A DNA stretch of 64,000 bases from the NCBI RefSeq assembly GCF_006345805.1, contig NC_043008.1, forward strand, positions 15,624,001 through 15,688,000, in the 5' to 3' direction. Origin of the DNA: Octopus sinensis. Taxonomy: Eukaryota. How positions within the stretch are numbered: the stretch's first letter is position 1; the number at the start of each line of letters is the position of its first letter. The notes under the pieces are model-generated. The model ran no database searches. It was not told the origin of the DNA and saw only the letters and a list, made by a program, of their open reading frames with translations. A program made the translations under genes and the position numbers. Shown piece after piece: positions 14,338 through 28,678 of this stretch.

Positions 14338-14736
14338 CCCCTTACCCAACAATTATTCTGAAAATAAATGTATTTTTTCAGACATATTTTTTAATTGTTT
14401 TATGTTACTATGTTTTGAATGGTGATTTCGAGGTATATTTCAAACCTTATTTATTATTCATAAAATGTGCCTTCCAACCCTTCGACTGTTTCCAGTTGAC
14501 TAAATCATACTCGGTCTTCAATGCCTTACTCAAGCGAAAGGTGGCAGAAATCGTCACTGCCAAACGTATAAAGTGAGCGAATATACTCGTATATGTCAAA
14601 AAAGAGTTTATAATAGACAAAGGAACTCGTTTGCTGTCGATTTTGGCGAGTCTATCTTTTGATGAGTTAACTCGCCAGAGATAGAAAAAAACGATTTCGG
14701 TCAAAACGCATATATTCGTTTCTGCCGGGTAAGGGG
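14338..14736. mobile_element. piggyBac-like non-autonomous element (MITE)
   Basis: Perfect 10-bp TIRs CCCCTTACCC (14338-14347) and GGGTAAGGGG (14727-14736), each flanked by TTAA. Confidence 0.8.
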
Positions 14737-14751
14737 TTAAAGATTTAAAAT

Positions 14752-15095
14752 TTTCTGAAGATGATCGCTTGCGTGTCCGACCAGAGAAAGCTATAATGTT
14801 TTGGCAATAAATAGGTTGTTGATATTTTCGAATACTCAGGGATAAAGGAAAGGAAAAGAGGGTAAAATTTTCACGGAAAACTGTAGATATTAAACTTTTA
14901 AGATCGACTCGGGACGATTGCTTCTATGTCCGAACAGAGAAATCTGTAGTGTTCTTAGAATAAAATGGATGTTTCCATTTTCGAATACTTAGAGAGAAAA
15001 GAAAGGATAGGTATTCACAAAAGGTGTAGAAATTAATACTTTTGAAGATGATCGTTTGTGTGTTCGAAAACTGTAGATATGAAAGTTTCTCTACT
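14752..15095. repeat. Degenerate minisatellite, about 145-bp unit, about 2.3 copies
   Basis: Recurring GAAGATGATCG..GTGT(C/T)CGA, CAGAGAAA, TTTTCGAATACT and AACTGTAGATAT blocks. Confidence 0.7.
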
Positions 15096-15256
15096 TATTT
15101 CGAGGGAAAATTATAATACTCACAGGAGATTGCAGGTCTTCAAGGTTTTTCGAGGGTTATATTTCTGTATTCTTGCTAGGTTGTATTAGTGTTTCTGTGT
15201 CTTCGGCTGCTCATTTGTCAGAGTAACGAAGCTGTCAAGGCTGGCGCCCATCTCCT

Positions 15257-15257
15257 A

Positions 15258-15314
<57 letters not shown>

Positions 15315-15318
15315 GTAT

Positions 15319-15370
<52 letters not shown>

Positions 15371-15378
15371 TGTAGTAT
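15257..15378. repeat. (TTA)n(GTA)n microsatellite (3' tail and target of the R4-like element)
   Basis: Direct reading. Confidence 0.97.
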
Positions 15379-16596
15379 TTTCTCTTTATCACAGGTTTGT
15401 TGGAGCTCCTGGAGTCTTGCATGCGTAGTGAGCTTACTACATGCAGCCTACAGTACCATATATTCGTTCCTTTCAGCTATCTAATACTTTCCTGATTATT
15501 TTGGCTGTGCCAAGGAGGCCAAACGTTTGAAACAGTTCTACTGGACACTCTATTCCAATTTCCTTTATATTCCTGTTGATGCCTTTTGATACTGTGCTCA
15601 AGGACCTAAAAATAATTGGCATTATCTTCATCTTCTATTTCCATTGCCTGATATAGTGGTTTTGGGAAAGTCTAGGGCATTACTTCGAGACATGGGCAAT
15701 GGTTTCATGAATCCTATTGCACATGTGGCACAGTGGAGACACTTACTCATTCCTAAGGTAGACCTCCAGTTTGTGTCCATAGCGTTTTTGCTCTGCCAGT
15801 ATAGTGCTCTCAGTTTCTTTTTTTAGGGTTCCTTTCATCAGCCAATGCCACCTATTTTCTCCAAGCAACTTCTGATGAGGGTACATGGAATTGAATGTGT
15901 AGTATCTTCATGCGTAATTCTTCTTCACGTCCTTTTTGTATTTCTTCCTTTCTTAAAAAATCTTTTTTCACTGCTCTCATTATCACCTCATTTCTAACTG
16001 TCACTAGCAAAGCTTACTTACTTTGGGCTAGGTATCTCGTTAAGCACGCGAGTTCGATACGCACGCAGACTTCCACACTTACCAGTCCTCTTCTTCCCTT
16101 TGCTCTCTTCGTATATAGGCGATCAGTATCTGCACGTAGATGATGGACGCCATGCGTCGTTAGGAGCTTTCTTGACCGCCTGTCCATCTCCTTTCGCCCT
16201 TCCTCTGTCGACTTGTAGATTTCAGCACCATAACGAACTATTGCGACTGCACGCAAGGCTTATTGCCGACCTTATGTTTCAGGCACTTAGCATTGAATTG
16301 AATATGATTCTCATTCGCCGCAGGTGCTCTCAAATGTGTCTTTTCTTTCCCATCATGGTGTTTGATTCCATCTTTGTAAAGTATTCCCAAGCAATTATAG
16401 CTAAATTGAGGTTGAATTTCCTTCATCGTTTCACCACTTGCCGACCATATGCCTTCTGTCCTGGCAAGCTTTCCTCATATCATCACTGTTGCAGCACAAT
16501 TTGAGAGTCCAGAATCCATCTTAATATCATTAGAGAAAATCTGCACAGACTGGAGAGGCTATCCAATTCTGCCTCAGTTTTTGTGAATGACTTCAG
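15379..16596 (-). mobile_element. R4/Dong-clade non-LTR retrotransposon relic, 5'-truncated
   Basis: DLKSFTKTEAELDSL, QIFSNDIKM, SYNCLGIL, GVHHLRADTDRLYTKRAKGRRGLVSVE, CCHC-like CHMCNRIHETIAHVSK*C and GLLGTAKIIRKVL; the endonuclease core appears deleted. Confidence 0.85.
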
Positions 16597-16624
16597 GTCG
16601 AATTATTATTATTATTATTATTAC

Positions 16625-16666
<42 letters not shown>

Positions 16667-16805
16667 TATTATCATTATCATTATTATAATTAACATTATT
16701 ATCATTATTATTATTATCATTATTATTATTATTACTATTATCATCATTATATTATTATTATTATCATTATTATCATTATCATTATAATTATTATTATTAT
16801 TATTA

Positions 16806-16837
<32 letters not shown>

Positions 16838-16848
16838 ATTATTATTAT

Positions 16849-16901
<53 letters not shown>

Positions 16902-17115
16902 GTTTTATCATTATAATTATTATTATCATTATTATTATTATTATCATTAGTATTATTATTATTATTTTTATCATTATAATTATTATTATCATTATTATTA
17001 TTATTATTATTATTATCATTATGATTATTATCATTATCATTATAATTATTATTATCATTATTATTATTATTATTATTGTTGTTGTTGTTGTTGTTATTAT
17101 AGTTATCATTATTAT
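16597..17115. repeat. (TTA/TCA)n microsatellite
   Basis: Direct reading. Confidence 0.98.
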
Positions 17116-17450
17116 TGTGTAGGGAGGAACGTGCACCAATATGACACTGGTGTACAATTATATGAAACCCAATATACCTATCATGACTACACACCTGATA
17201 AGGGTACACCAGGCACGTGCATCACAACCACATGTGCGAAACACGGAGATCTCATATCAAGATAAACAGCGCATGGCCTTGCAGGTGTATCCCAGTAAGA
17301 ATATTCTTCAGGTTGAGTAGCTTAAACCGCCCAAAAGGTCCCTGAATAAACTTTGTATAAGGACGTTGAACGAAACACCCATGTTTCCAGAGGTGAATGA
17401 TTCTAACCCCAAAGAATTCCCCTCAACACATGTCTATGATGCACCCCCAC
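17116..17450 (-). mobile_element. Family-E SINE-like repeat between TTA tracts
   Basis: Shares CCCA(A/G)TATACC(T/C)ATCATGACTAC..GATAAGGGTAC..TGCATCACAA with 18419-18520. Orientation inferred from the TTA tail side. Confidence 0.7.
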
Positions 17451-17465
17451 TTATTATTATTATTA

Positions 17466-17500
<35 letters not shown>

Positions 17501-17619
17501 GTTGTTGTAACTGTTGTTGTTGTTATTATTATTATAATTGTTATTGTTGTTATTATTATTATTATAATTGTTATTGTTGTTATTATTGTTATCATTATTA
17601 TTATTATTATTATTATTAC

Positions 17620-17678
<59 letters not shown>

Positions 17679-17683
17679 TATTA

Positions 17684-17740
<57 letters not shown>

Positions 17741-17745
17741 CATTA
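17451..17745. repeat. (TTA/GTT)n microsatellite
   Basis: Direct reading. Confidence 0.97.
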
Positions 17746-18204
17746 TGTCTTCTTTCTATGTTGTATTCAATTCTTTTCGAGTATTTTCTCGGCGCCCAAA
17801 GCAAAGAAACTTACTGTATGCATTGGTAGACCATTAAGACAAACACACCAGATTGTTCATTTGCAAAGTCAAGTAACATGAGAGAGAAAAAACATAAGGA
17901 AAAAAGAGAAAAGGAAATTAAAAAGAGAGGAAAAAGTAACGAAAAAAAGCAGAAAAGAAAACTAAAGAAGAGCAGAAAAGAAGAAAGAAAAAGCAAAACC
18001 AAAAACAAAAAAAGAGAAAAGAATCACAGCGACAATACTGTTTCTCAGTATGTGTGACATAACTGTTAACTAAATGTTTTATTTTTACAGTTGTTGCATG
18101 GATAGTAAGTCAGCTATCATTCTCAAATAATATTAAGTTTCTTTTCGATCATTGCAAGTGCTCCTATAATCACTGGTATATCTTATCCGCCTTGAGATGC
18201 CACC

Positions 18205-18412
18205 TTCTTCTTCTTCTTCTTCTTCTTCTTCTTCTTCTTCTTCTTCTTCTTCTTCTTTCTTCTTCTTCTTCTTCTTCTTCTTCTTCTTCTGCATCTTCTT
18301 CTTCTTCTTCTTCTTCATCTTCTTCTTCTTCATCTTCTTCTTCTTCACCTTCTTCTTCTTCTTCTTCTTCTACTTCTTCTTCTTCTGATTATTATTATTA
18401 TTATTATTATTA
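18205..18412. repeat. (CTT)n then (TTA)n
   Basis: Direct reading. Confidence 0.97.
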
Positions 18413-18418
18413 TCAATA

Positions 18419-18520
18419 TTGAGTGAGAGACCAGTGCATGTCATGGGGAAAAATATACGAAGCCCAGTATACCCATCATGACTACCCGTCTTATTAGGGT
18501 ACATGCATCACAAACATAGA
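18419..18520 (-). mobile_element. Family-E 3' fragment
   Basis: TGAGTGAGAGACCAGTGCATG...GAAGCCCAGTATACCCATCATGACTACCCGTC, homologous to 17140-17230 and adjoining (TTA)n. Confidence 0.7.
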
Positions 18521-18692
18521 AATCCACTACCAACCATGAGAGAGATTGCTTTGTTATTATTATTATTATGATTATTATTATTATTATTATTATTAATATC
18601 AATATCATTATTATTACTGGTGTTGTTATTTAATGCACTTTGATTCAGCTAATATTGGTCAAAGGACTTCACGTGGTATTGTCTGTTAGATC

Positions 18693-18726
<34 letters not shown>

Positions 18727-18731
18727 TTACA

Positions 18732-18788
<57 letters not shown>

Positions 18789-19156
18789 GCATATATGTAA
18801 ATATATGCATACTCACACATACACACATATATGTATATATACGTACACACATACACATATATGTAAATATATGTATACAAATACCCTCACACACGCGCAC
18901 ACGTTACTCATTTCGAGAAGCACCTTGCTCTTTACTTCATGCTACCTAAATATAATTGCCTTTTAGATATGTCTCTACTTGTAAGTGTCTGCGAGAGTGT
19001 ATGTGTAAACGGATGGCAGATAGACACATTTCTAGAGAAAGTAATATAAATGTAGTAATCCCTCGCCATATTGCGGTTCACCTATCGCACCATTATTAAT
19101 TAAGCTTACGTCGATTCCTATGTGGTGTTGTTTTGCATTTAAAATGAATATATACA

Positions 19157-19213
19157 AATAATAATAATGATAACAACAACAACAACAAGAATAATAATAA
19201 AAATAAAAATAAA

Positions 19214-19255
<42 letters not shown>

Positions 19256-19425
19256 TATATTAATAATAATAATTATAATAATGAGGATGATGACGCTGAT
19301 GATGACGATGCGATGATGATGATAATATCATTATTTTTATTATTATTATTATTATTATTATCATTATTATTATTATTATTATTATTATTAATAATAATAA
19401 TAATATAATAATAATAATAATAATA

Positions 19426-19468
<43 letters not shown>

Positions 19469-19478
19469 TAATAATAAT
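19157..19478. repeat. (TAA)n / (GAT)n / (TTA)n / (TAA)n compound microsatellite
   Basis: Direct reading; includes an internal orientation switch. Confidence 0.96.
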
Positions 19479-20539
19479 GCGCCTGCGCCTACGTCCATGT
19501 CTACTCATATACCTACACCTGCGCCTGTATCCCTCCTATAATATGTATAGATATAAACACGTACGGAGCATATTTCGTTTTCCATTTTTTAAAGATTACA
19601 TATAAACAAATATATGTTTAAGCGAAAGAAACTTCACTGGTTAATCAACGGCTTCACATTTTAAAAAGGAAATAAGATTTTCTTTAACGTGGAAGGAGAT
19701 GACCAGATGAAACTGGGCGGTTAATAGACGAGTATTTCAAATGGATATGGATATGTATGTGTGTATGTGTGTGTGTATGTGTGTGTGTGTGTATGTGTGC
19801 GTGTGCATTAAGGTTAGCCATTGTTATATTCAAGGAAGTATAGAATGAGGGAATCGTTATTTTTGATTTAAGATCAATTGCCGTGTTACTTGAGGGCATC
19901 GCTGTAGCGTAGCTAAGAACCGGGTATGATGGACGGGGGTTTATGATCATGGGGAGGAGATAACGCTGGTGGTCCTCCACGAGCGGTGAATTCATGGGGC
20001 GCGTTTGGGTTTACTGTACAAGCCTTTATAGAGATGAGGGCGGTCTTCTTTCAGGCTCAAGAATTGTTCTCGCTCAAGAACACTCTAGCAACCCCACCTG
20101 GGCGCTCCTCTATGTACATAGATTTATCACTTGAAGGACGAATTTAGTTAAGAATGATGTACACATGAGATGATGATTTCGTAAACTTTTAGTAAATATC
20201 AATAATGGAAATATGCGTTATATGATTATAATAAAAAATTCAGAAATTAAACATCTATAATAGAAGACATCTAAATATTTAAGCACTTTGTTTGGGAAAA
20301 AAAATATTATAATACATCTTCATCTTTCGCAGATTTCAATTTAGTTCATAAAGTGAACGGAAATAAGATTTCCCAAAATATATTGTTTACCAAAATTAAG
20401 ATTTTTCGCTCTCGTCATGGGGAATCATATGTTTGTTTTCCATTATCTATGCCAAGGAAGTAGAACAGTGTTCATTTCCCTTGCGAACATTTTCAAACTT
20501 GTAAGCTCTGAGCGGTGAAATTTAATTTCAAGCATTTAT

Positions 20540-21750
20540 AAGTTCATGTATGTAGGGAAAAATGTAGACAGAAAGATTGCATGAGTAAGCCGCACTTTTG
20601 CTGAGAAAGGAAAGATGACGTTTCAAGAAATTTCATATCGTAGGCTGTATCGAATCGATTAGATGAAGGATACACTATATTGTCAATCTTCATCCTAAAG
20701 ATAGTGGTTAATCCTTTAAAAAATACCATTCTGTATTCTTGAAAGTGGAATAACACGTTAGTTGATTTAGTTTCTATGCATTATGAGTGAATAAAATATT
20801 AGTTGCTGATGAATGGAATATCTTATATTCCGAGTATCCTTTAAGGTTGTGAACTGGTAGAATCATTAGTGCGTCGAACGAAAGGATTAGTGGCATTTCT
20901 TCCCACTGTTTACGACGTCGACTTTGCTGTTGATTCATCAGGGATTGATAAAATGAGTAGCAGTCAAGTACTGGGGCAGATATTATCGAATTGTCCGCTC
21001 CCTTCAAAACAGTCAACCTTGAGCCAAGATTATAAAGAACTATGTTTGCAAGACTACAGATAAATACTAGTAATTATATTGAAGGAAATTCATATAATTT
21101 GGTAACCATCAAACTACAAAAGTGCATCTATTTAAAGTGGTGTGTTAATGATTGTCCTATTTGTATAATGTCTGACCTTCTCAAAAAGTGCATAAATATA
21201 GTTAGATGGAGCCCTCCGGGATGGGGATTTGCCAGAGTGTTTCCATTTGTAACACATTATTAGAAGGAAACGTGATGGTAAAAACGTTTTCTTTAAAATC
21301 ACATCTAATGGAAATAACACTGTACTGTAATGTAATAATATAGGTCATCTGGTTGTGTCCATTTCCATTTTCTTTTTTGGTAATTTGGGAGAACAACAGT
21401 CACGCTGTGATTACATATGTGGCTGATGTTGATTTTTGTTTCATTTCTGATGCGTTAGATGTGCAGAGAATACATTGGATGTTGCCATAAGAGAAAAAAT
21501 TCGTTTGCGAAAAGGACGGGGCAAAAAGTCATGTGTGTAAATAATTAGAAGTACAGAGACTGGGTGAATAGTTTGCTGGCTATAGGGTGAACCCTGAAGG
21601 TGATAACAACAATATTCAGAGCCGTTGCTTTGTTCGGCTGATACACTTTAATGAAAAGAATTTCGCGATTTACGCCAAATTACCTTTGGAGTGGAGACAG
21701 GTGGATTCAAACAGAAGGAAAATGTAGGATTAGAACGGCTCGGTACTTCT
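20540..21750 (+). mobile_element. Decayed Penelope-like RT relic, interrupted by a family-A SINE (about 20844-21040)
   Basis: Ordered motifs RNFIS*, LKWCVND, PSGMGICQSVSICN (MG..S..IAN), YCNVII*VIW (decayed YIDDIFVIW) and NNSHAVITY...ALDVQRI (HPxIxFT..FLDV). Confidence 0.42.
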
Positions 21751-22239
21751 AATGCAGATGCATTTATGGTTTAAACAAAACAAAAGGAACCTTATGTGGA
21801 TGCCCTATTGGAAATAAAGTCGTGAATTTAAATTTAAACAATAGAATATATAGAAACTTAGAGCTTAATATGACAGTGTGTCGCAAAAGTTATATTTTGG
21901 GGGGTTTTATCCAGCAAATGTTATTTCGTATTTCCTTCTATCTATAAATCAACGGAAATGACGTCTATTCCCTTCGAACATTGGTTTTGTGTCCTAAACA
22001 TCAACGCTTTGAAACTGACCTATTTTCCATTACATCTCAGACAGATTTAGCTCTAAGTTGCTGGAGCAGAAATATCGCTATAGCAAATATTCTGCTCAAT
22101 ACTGCAGATTTACTTGTCACTTGTTTCATCTTAACCGCTTTGAGTATGTTCCTTGGTGGCTGACAAAATGTGTCTCTCTTTTAATGAGAAGGAGTAGTGG
22201 GGGAACATCAAAGACATGTTGATTCTTTGGGGGTTTAAA

Positions 22240-23025
22240 TATCAGGTCATCTCATAAGTTCTGTCCGATTTTACCTTTTTTAAAATTGAATGAAATTTAA
22301 TAGTATTTTAGAATGTCTGATGGAATTAAAAAAATATTTTTAGGCATTTGTGTACATTTAAACTAATTAAATATTATTTTACAGAATAATAGAATTAAAC
22401 TTTCTTTGATTAAAACTCTTTCTAACATGGAAGTATCCAAACAGAATTTGAGGTATGTAATGTTTTATGAGTACACAAAAAGGAAACTCTGCAGCCGAAG
22501 CGACTCGAAACATACACTCAGTTTATAGGAAAGAATGCTTGAATGGAGGACCTTGCAGAAGATGGTTTGCAAAATGCAGAAGTAGAGATTTCAGCTTTGC
22601 TGAAGATCGAACAGGATTCCAGTCGAGTTAGATGATAAGCTCCTTGAGGCATTGCTCGAAAAAAATCCTGCATGATCAGTTGAAGAATTGGCAATAAATC
22701 TTGGTTCAAACCATACAACTGTTTAACGTCATCTTCAACAACTTGGAAAAGGGGTACCTCATGAATTGTCCGAAAGTAACCGCAAATCCCGAGTTGATGC
22801 AGCTCTTCTCTGCATTCTCGCGAACTCATTTCACCCTTTTTCGATAGACATGTGACTGGTGATGAAAAATGGATTTTGTATCGAAATGTTAAACGTCATA
22901 AACAGTGGCTTGGTAAAAGGGAAAAAGCTTCATGGAAGAATGGTTCTTCTCTCTGTGTGATTGCAGAGGAGTAATTCACTTTGAATTGTTACCACCTAAT
23001 GCAACAATCGATGCTGTTCTACTGC
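22240..23025 (+). mobile_element. Mariner transposon relic (left end plus frameshifted transposase, 3'-truncated)
   Basis: ATG at 22427; MEVSKQNLRYVMFYEY..GNSAAEATRNI, RRWFAK, VPHEL, VTGDEKWILY, GVIHFELLP; probable left TIR begins TA|TCAGGTCATCTCATAAGTT at about 22240. Confidence 0.93.
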
Positions 23026-24451
23026 ATATGAGCGCATAGCATACAGATTGAATATAAACACTACATATTAGAATATATATAGACTGAATACTCACAGATA
23101 TTATTGACTTCATTTAACTTTGGATTAGACGGACCGATGTGACCCAGATTCGTATTCATTGATTGGAGTTATGATCGACCGTATTCCAACTGTAAATATC
23201 CAATAATACTATATATTTAGAAATCCATCGTCCGATGCATTATTTTTTTATACACGCTAAGAGCTCTTTCTAAAGTATCATGCAACCTTTAGAAGTATTT
23301 TATTGGTCCCTTTATTGACTGTGCTGTGGATGTTATGGTGACGAATAAAAAAAATATCTAAACATATCTAAGCTGGCTATTTATACATTGACAACTTCAA
23401 AGGGCCGGATTAAATACCTTGTCCACAAACGCGGTGCAGTGAGTGTAAAAATATACATCCGCAACACTGTGGCTGATAACATGATATGTTGAATCAAACA
23501 ACCAGAATTCACACCAGGAATTAATAGATGTTTAATGCTTGTCATCTCTGGAAGGAATCAAACCTTTATTATATCATATTTATAGATATTCAGTTTGGGA
23601 TTATCGTTATTCACATGTTTACGTTATGTTGGCATCGCATATTAAAAACGAATTCGATTCTTTAATTATATTCAATATATTCTTTTTAGCAGTTTACATA
23701 ATTTTGGCATTCAAACGAATTTCTTTTTCAACAGATCGATATGATATGAAGAATTCAAAGAATCGTCAAATGTTTTTAGCTCGGCTGTTATGTCAATATC
23801 GTAAGGAAAAATATATCATTGAATTGACTAGAAAGGAAGTTGTTTGGGAAGTAATTTAAACGTTTTATAATTTAAGAAATATTATATTTCTTTTTTTCTT
23901 GAATATTAATAAAATTTTTGCATATATTTATAAAAACGTCTCCGAGAATTTTTCTATTCCCGATATTTAATATTTCCATCGATCAATTTTGAGTATCTGA
24001 TTACTTATCTCTTTCGAGTAACAAATAAAGGCTTCTTCTTCACAGTTGCTATAGAAGTCGAAATCTGAGCGAGAATATGGCCTTCAGACTGATTGTCTTT
24101 GGTTATGAATCAGTTACATAATTTACCTATAAATATGCATTGTCGTCTCTCAACGAATGTAGACGTAGCTTCGCTAGATATTACATCATGTTTGGGCTAA
24201 ATTGGGCGATTTCGTATGTCTGATATTTTCAGGAACAGCTAGATGTATTCGTGAAGAGTCAATGGTGTTGGGAGCATAAAAACTAAAGTTGTTGTTGAGA
24301 AAAGATTAGTTGATATGGAGAACTGAAATCATTTAAATATTGAAACAAAATCACAAAATCAAAGAAGCACAATGCTATCGTTACTAAAAGTGATTAAGGA
24401 TATAAGTCTGTATCTGCATTGCTAACCACGAACAGAGTACAATTCTATTAC

Positions 24452-24495
<44 letters not shown>

Positions 24496-24629
24496 AGGAG
24501 TGTGTGTGTATGCATGTTAGATATGCTTGTAAATACCAAGTTTTCAGCAAGTTGCTCAAAGAAGAATCCATTCATGAATGGTGATGATTTAACAGGCCGG
24601 AAAGCAATGTCGCAAAACATCACATTGCA

Positions 24630-25340
24630 ACACAGAGCATGGGCAGGTGATAACATCCTTCTGGTAATCCTTCTTAGCTAATATAACACTAGACTTCTTA
24701 GCGGCATTTCTATTGGTCCAATAATTTAGAAACAAGACAGCAAGGCTGGGTGTCAGAAAGAAAGCTCTCGGTTCTATGTTTCACGTTTTGGATTATATCC
24801 AGGCTTGAATTTCTTTTAGCTGCATGGAGATGGTAGTCATTTCTTTGCGGCAGAAGCTTTATTTTTTGTGTCTGTGACACTGCAATACCATAATTTCATC
24901 GTACAGTATCATGGTATAGTAAAATCGAAAGCATTCACTCATTTCCGCGTAGCTATCTCCTCCGCAGATTCTGTGTATAAGAGTTGGTGTGTTTGTCAAT
25001 GGAAGAGGAACAACAATAGTAATTCGCTGTTTGATGAATGTATTTCGCCTATGACAAACTGATTCATATTATAAGATCCGATACTAATGCCTGTATCTTG
25101 CAATAAATGTCCTCAAGTAGTATATTCTTTTACTCATTCATATTCTGCTTGGAATATTCTATTATTCGTCTTTCAGTATCTCCGATATTTTCATGGATAC
25201 ACAGTTTTGTTAATCAATGCATTTATTATGTTGTTATTCCCTTTAAAAAAATTACATTAACTGTTTTATCAATTACCCACATAGGCTTCTTTCATCTCTT
25301 TACATTTGCTCTACAGCTAGTAAACAGAATTATATTCTAA
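24630..25340 (-). mobile_element. Decayed Penelope-like RT relic
   Basis: Ordered motifs VIDKTVNVIF (DKAxNNV), IPSRI*MSK..RTFIA (LP..YW.PK..RFIA), NAFDF-TIP(H)D and EGLPEGCYHLPML (GIPMG..APLL). Confidence 0.5.
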
Positions 25341-26251
25341 TTGTGTATGGATTCTCCTTCCATTGTGCTTGAGTTCTTCTTCCTATTAATGTAATTCCTT
25401 CCGGTAGCTACCTTAAGTTTTTGTTGTTGCAACACGTAGAGATATCTGTGAAGGCAATTCAGGGATTTTTATTAGGGGTCGTTTATTGTTATACTTAGCT
25501 TAATGCTTTCGTTGCAGATGCTTCACCTCATTTACACTAGGATAACATGCGAAAAGGACATGAAAATCACTGCATGCCATTGCCTCCCTCTATAAAATTT
25601 AGCCCTTGTACCTTATCAAAAAGAGACCAAAAGTCTAATGTTAAGCTTCCCATAATCTGGTCAAGAAAATTCACTTCTATTAATGTCTTGTCATGTTTAT
25701 TGAACCACGAAGCATTGTACGTATAAAAGTAATAAATGTTTAATTCAATGAAGGCGAATATTCTATACGCTTGAGTTAGCTTCCGGAGGCATTATTTCAT
25801 CATTTGTGATGCAAATATCCTCTAGAAACATGAACAATATACAGCTCACTTTCACAAAATTACTTACAAAAGCTGAAAGATATAGAGGAGTACTTTAAGA
25901 TAGTAATTCATCGGATAAAATAACTTATCCCCGTCTATTTGTCCACTCACAGTTATACTTATGTCCATTTATTATTCCCACCACACAACACATGTGTAAG
26001 CCTATCTGCTGGTGAGAATCTCATACATATATATCCAATATACAGTCCACAAAATAAGTGATTACTTACAACATTTGAAAGATATAGATTTATAGAGGAG
26101 TAATTTAAGATCTAACTTCTTAAAATTACTTATCCCCTTTTATTCAACCAACAGAGTTACAGTGAGTTCCTATAGATTTTAAAGACACAAGATACATTAC
26201 TGTGTTGAACTACGCCACTATATTTAAGTTGCGCCACTATATTTAATTTTG

Positions 26252-26484
26252 AAGGCGGCAAGCTGGCAGAAACGTTAGCACGCCGGACGAAATGCTTAGC
26301 AGTATTTCGTCTGCCGCTACGTTCTGAGTTCAAATTCCGCCTAGGTCGACTTTACCTTTCATCCTTTCAGGGTCGATAAATAAAGTACCAGTTACGCACT
26401 GGAGTCGATATAATTGACTTAATCCCTTTGTCTATCCTTGTTTGTCCCCTCTGTGTTTAGCCCCTTGTGGGTAGTAAAGAAATA
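26252..26484 (+). mobile_element. Family-A SINE, near-intact
   Basis: Full head, core and tail ending GTAGTAAAGAAATA. Confidence 0.95.
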
Positions 26485-26989
26485 TATATTTAAGTTGCGT
26501 TGTATCAATATCAGTAATCCCACGAATGTAAACCATACTAATAACACTAGGATCTTAAATTTAAAACGGATATAAATTCTTCTATACACATCACAGTAAT
26601 ACGTTCAGATAATTTAGTTTCAAAACTAGATAAATAATATTTCTGTAAAATTTGCAGATGAATGCATAGAAACTAAGGAAAGGCGTGACCGTACAACATA
26701 CTAAACAGCGAGTTTATAAACTTAGATAATAAAGTGAGTTTATACAATATCTAGAATCGATGTTGTTGATTATCTGTTTCGAATAGGGATACAGAATTTT
26801 ACGAGAAAGTTATGAACTATAAATGGCTTCCATATTGTTTCCAATATATTCCAGCATTGCCGCTATTATGTATCATGAATCATCTGCATAAAATCTGGTG
26901 GTGTTATTGCATGAGTTTATTTCTTTGTGTAAGGCGCAAGTTTTAATATATATTTCGATGTAAATATATAAATACGTTTATGTATGTGT

Positions 26990-28180
<1,191 letters not shown>

Positions 28181-28627
28181 TACATTATAATACGGCCCAG
28201 GTAATTTCATATCCTTGTTATTGCCATTTGCTCTGCCCTTCATCTTTACAGAAATCCCTATTTTCTTGTTTCTCCCTCTTTCTCTCACTCCCTCCTCTCT
28301 CACTTTATTTTGTCTCTTTAATTTGATGTAAAGATTCCATATGCACTTTTCTCTTTCTGTATTTGGAGGACGCACGTTGTAAACTTAGAGACAAGGTCGC
28401 TTTTACGTCAGAAGCGTTGTGTTAAAACCTACAGCTCGATCCGAAGCAGGGGTTTCTATATCTTCTGGACAAATTCTAAGTCACATCATAGCAGTCCTTA
28501 TGCCGTCCTTAAACCTATTTTTAGGTTTAGGTTTACATCGATAGCGTTCTCCGCTAAAATCTCACCCCAAACCATCTGTTTTACACACACTCACACACAC
28601 GCACACATACACACATATCTACATGTA

Positions 28628-28678
<51 letters not shown>

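Noticed and set aside
14755-14795. CTGAAGA...GAAA possible hammerhead
   Set aside because: Spacing and stems I/III do not fit, and the motif is not retained in the neighbouring minisatellite units.
24225-24330. TTTTCAG acceptor followed by a short open frame
   Set aside because: All frames stop within about 20 codons and there is no donor site or homology.
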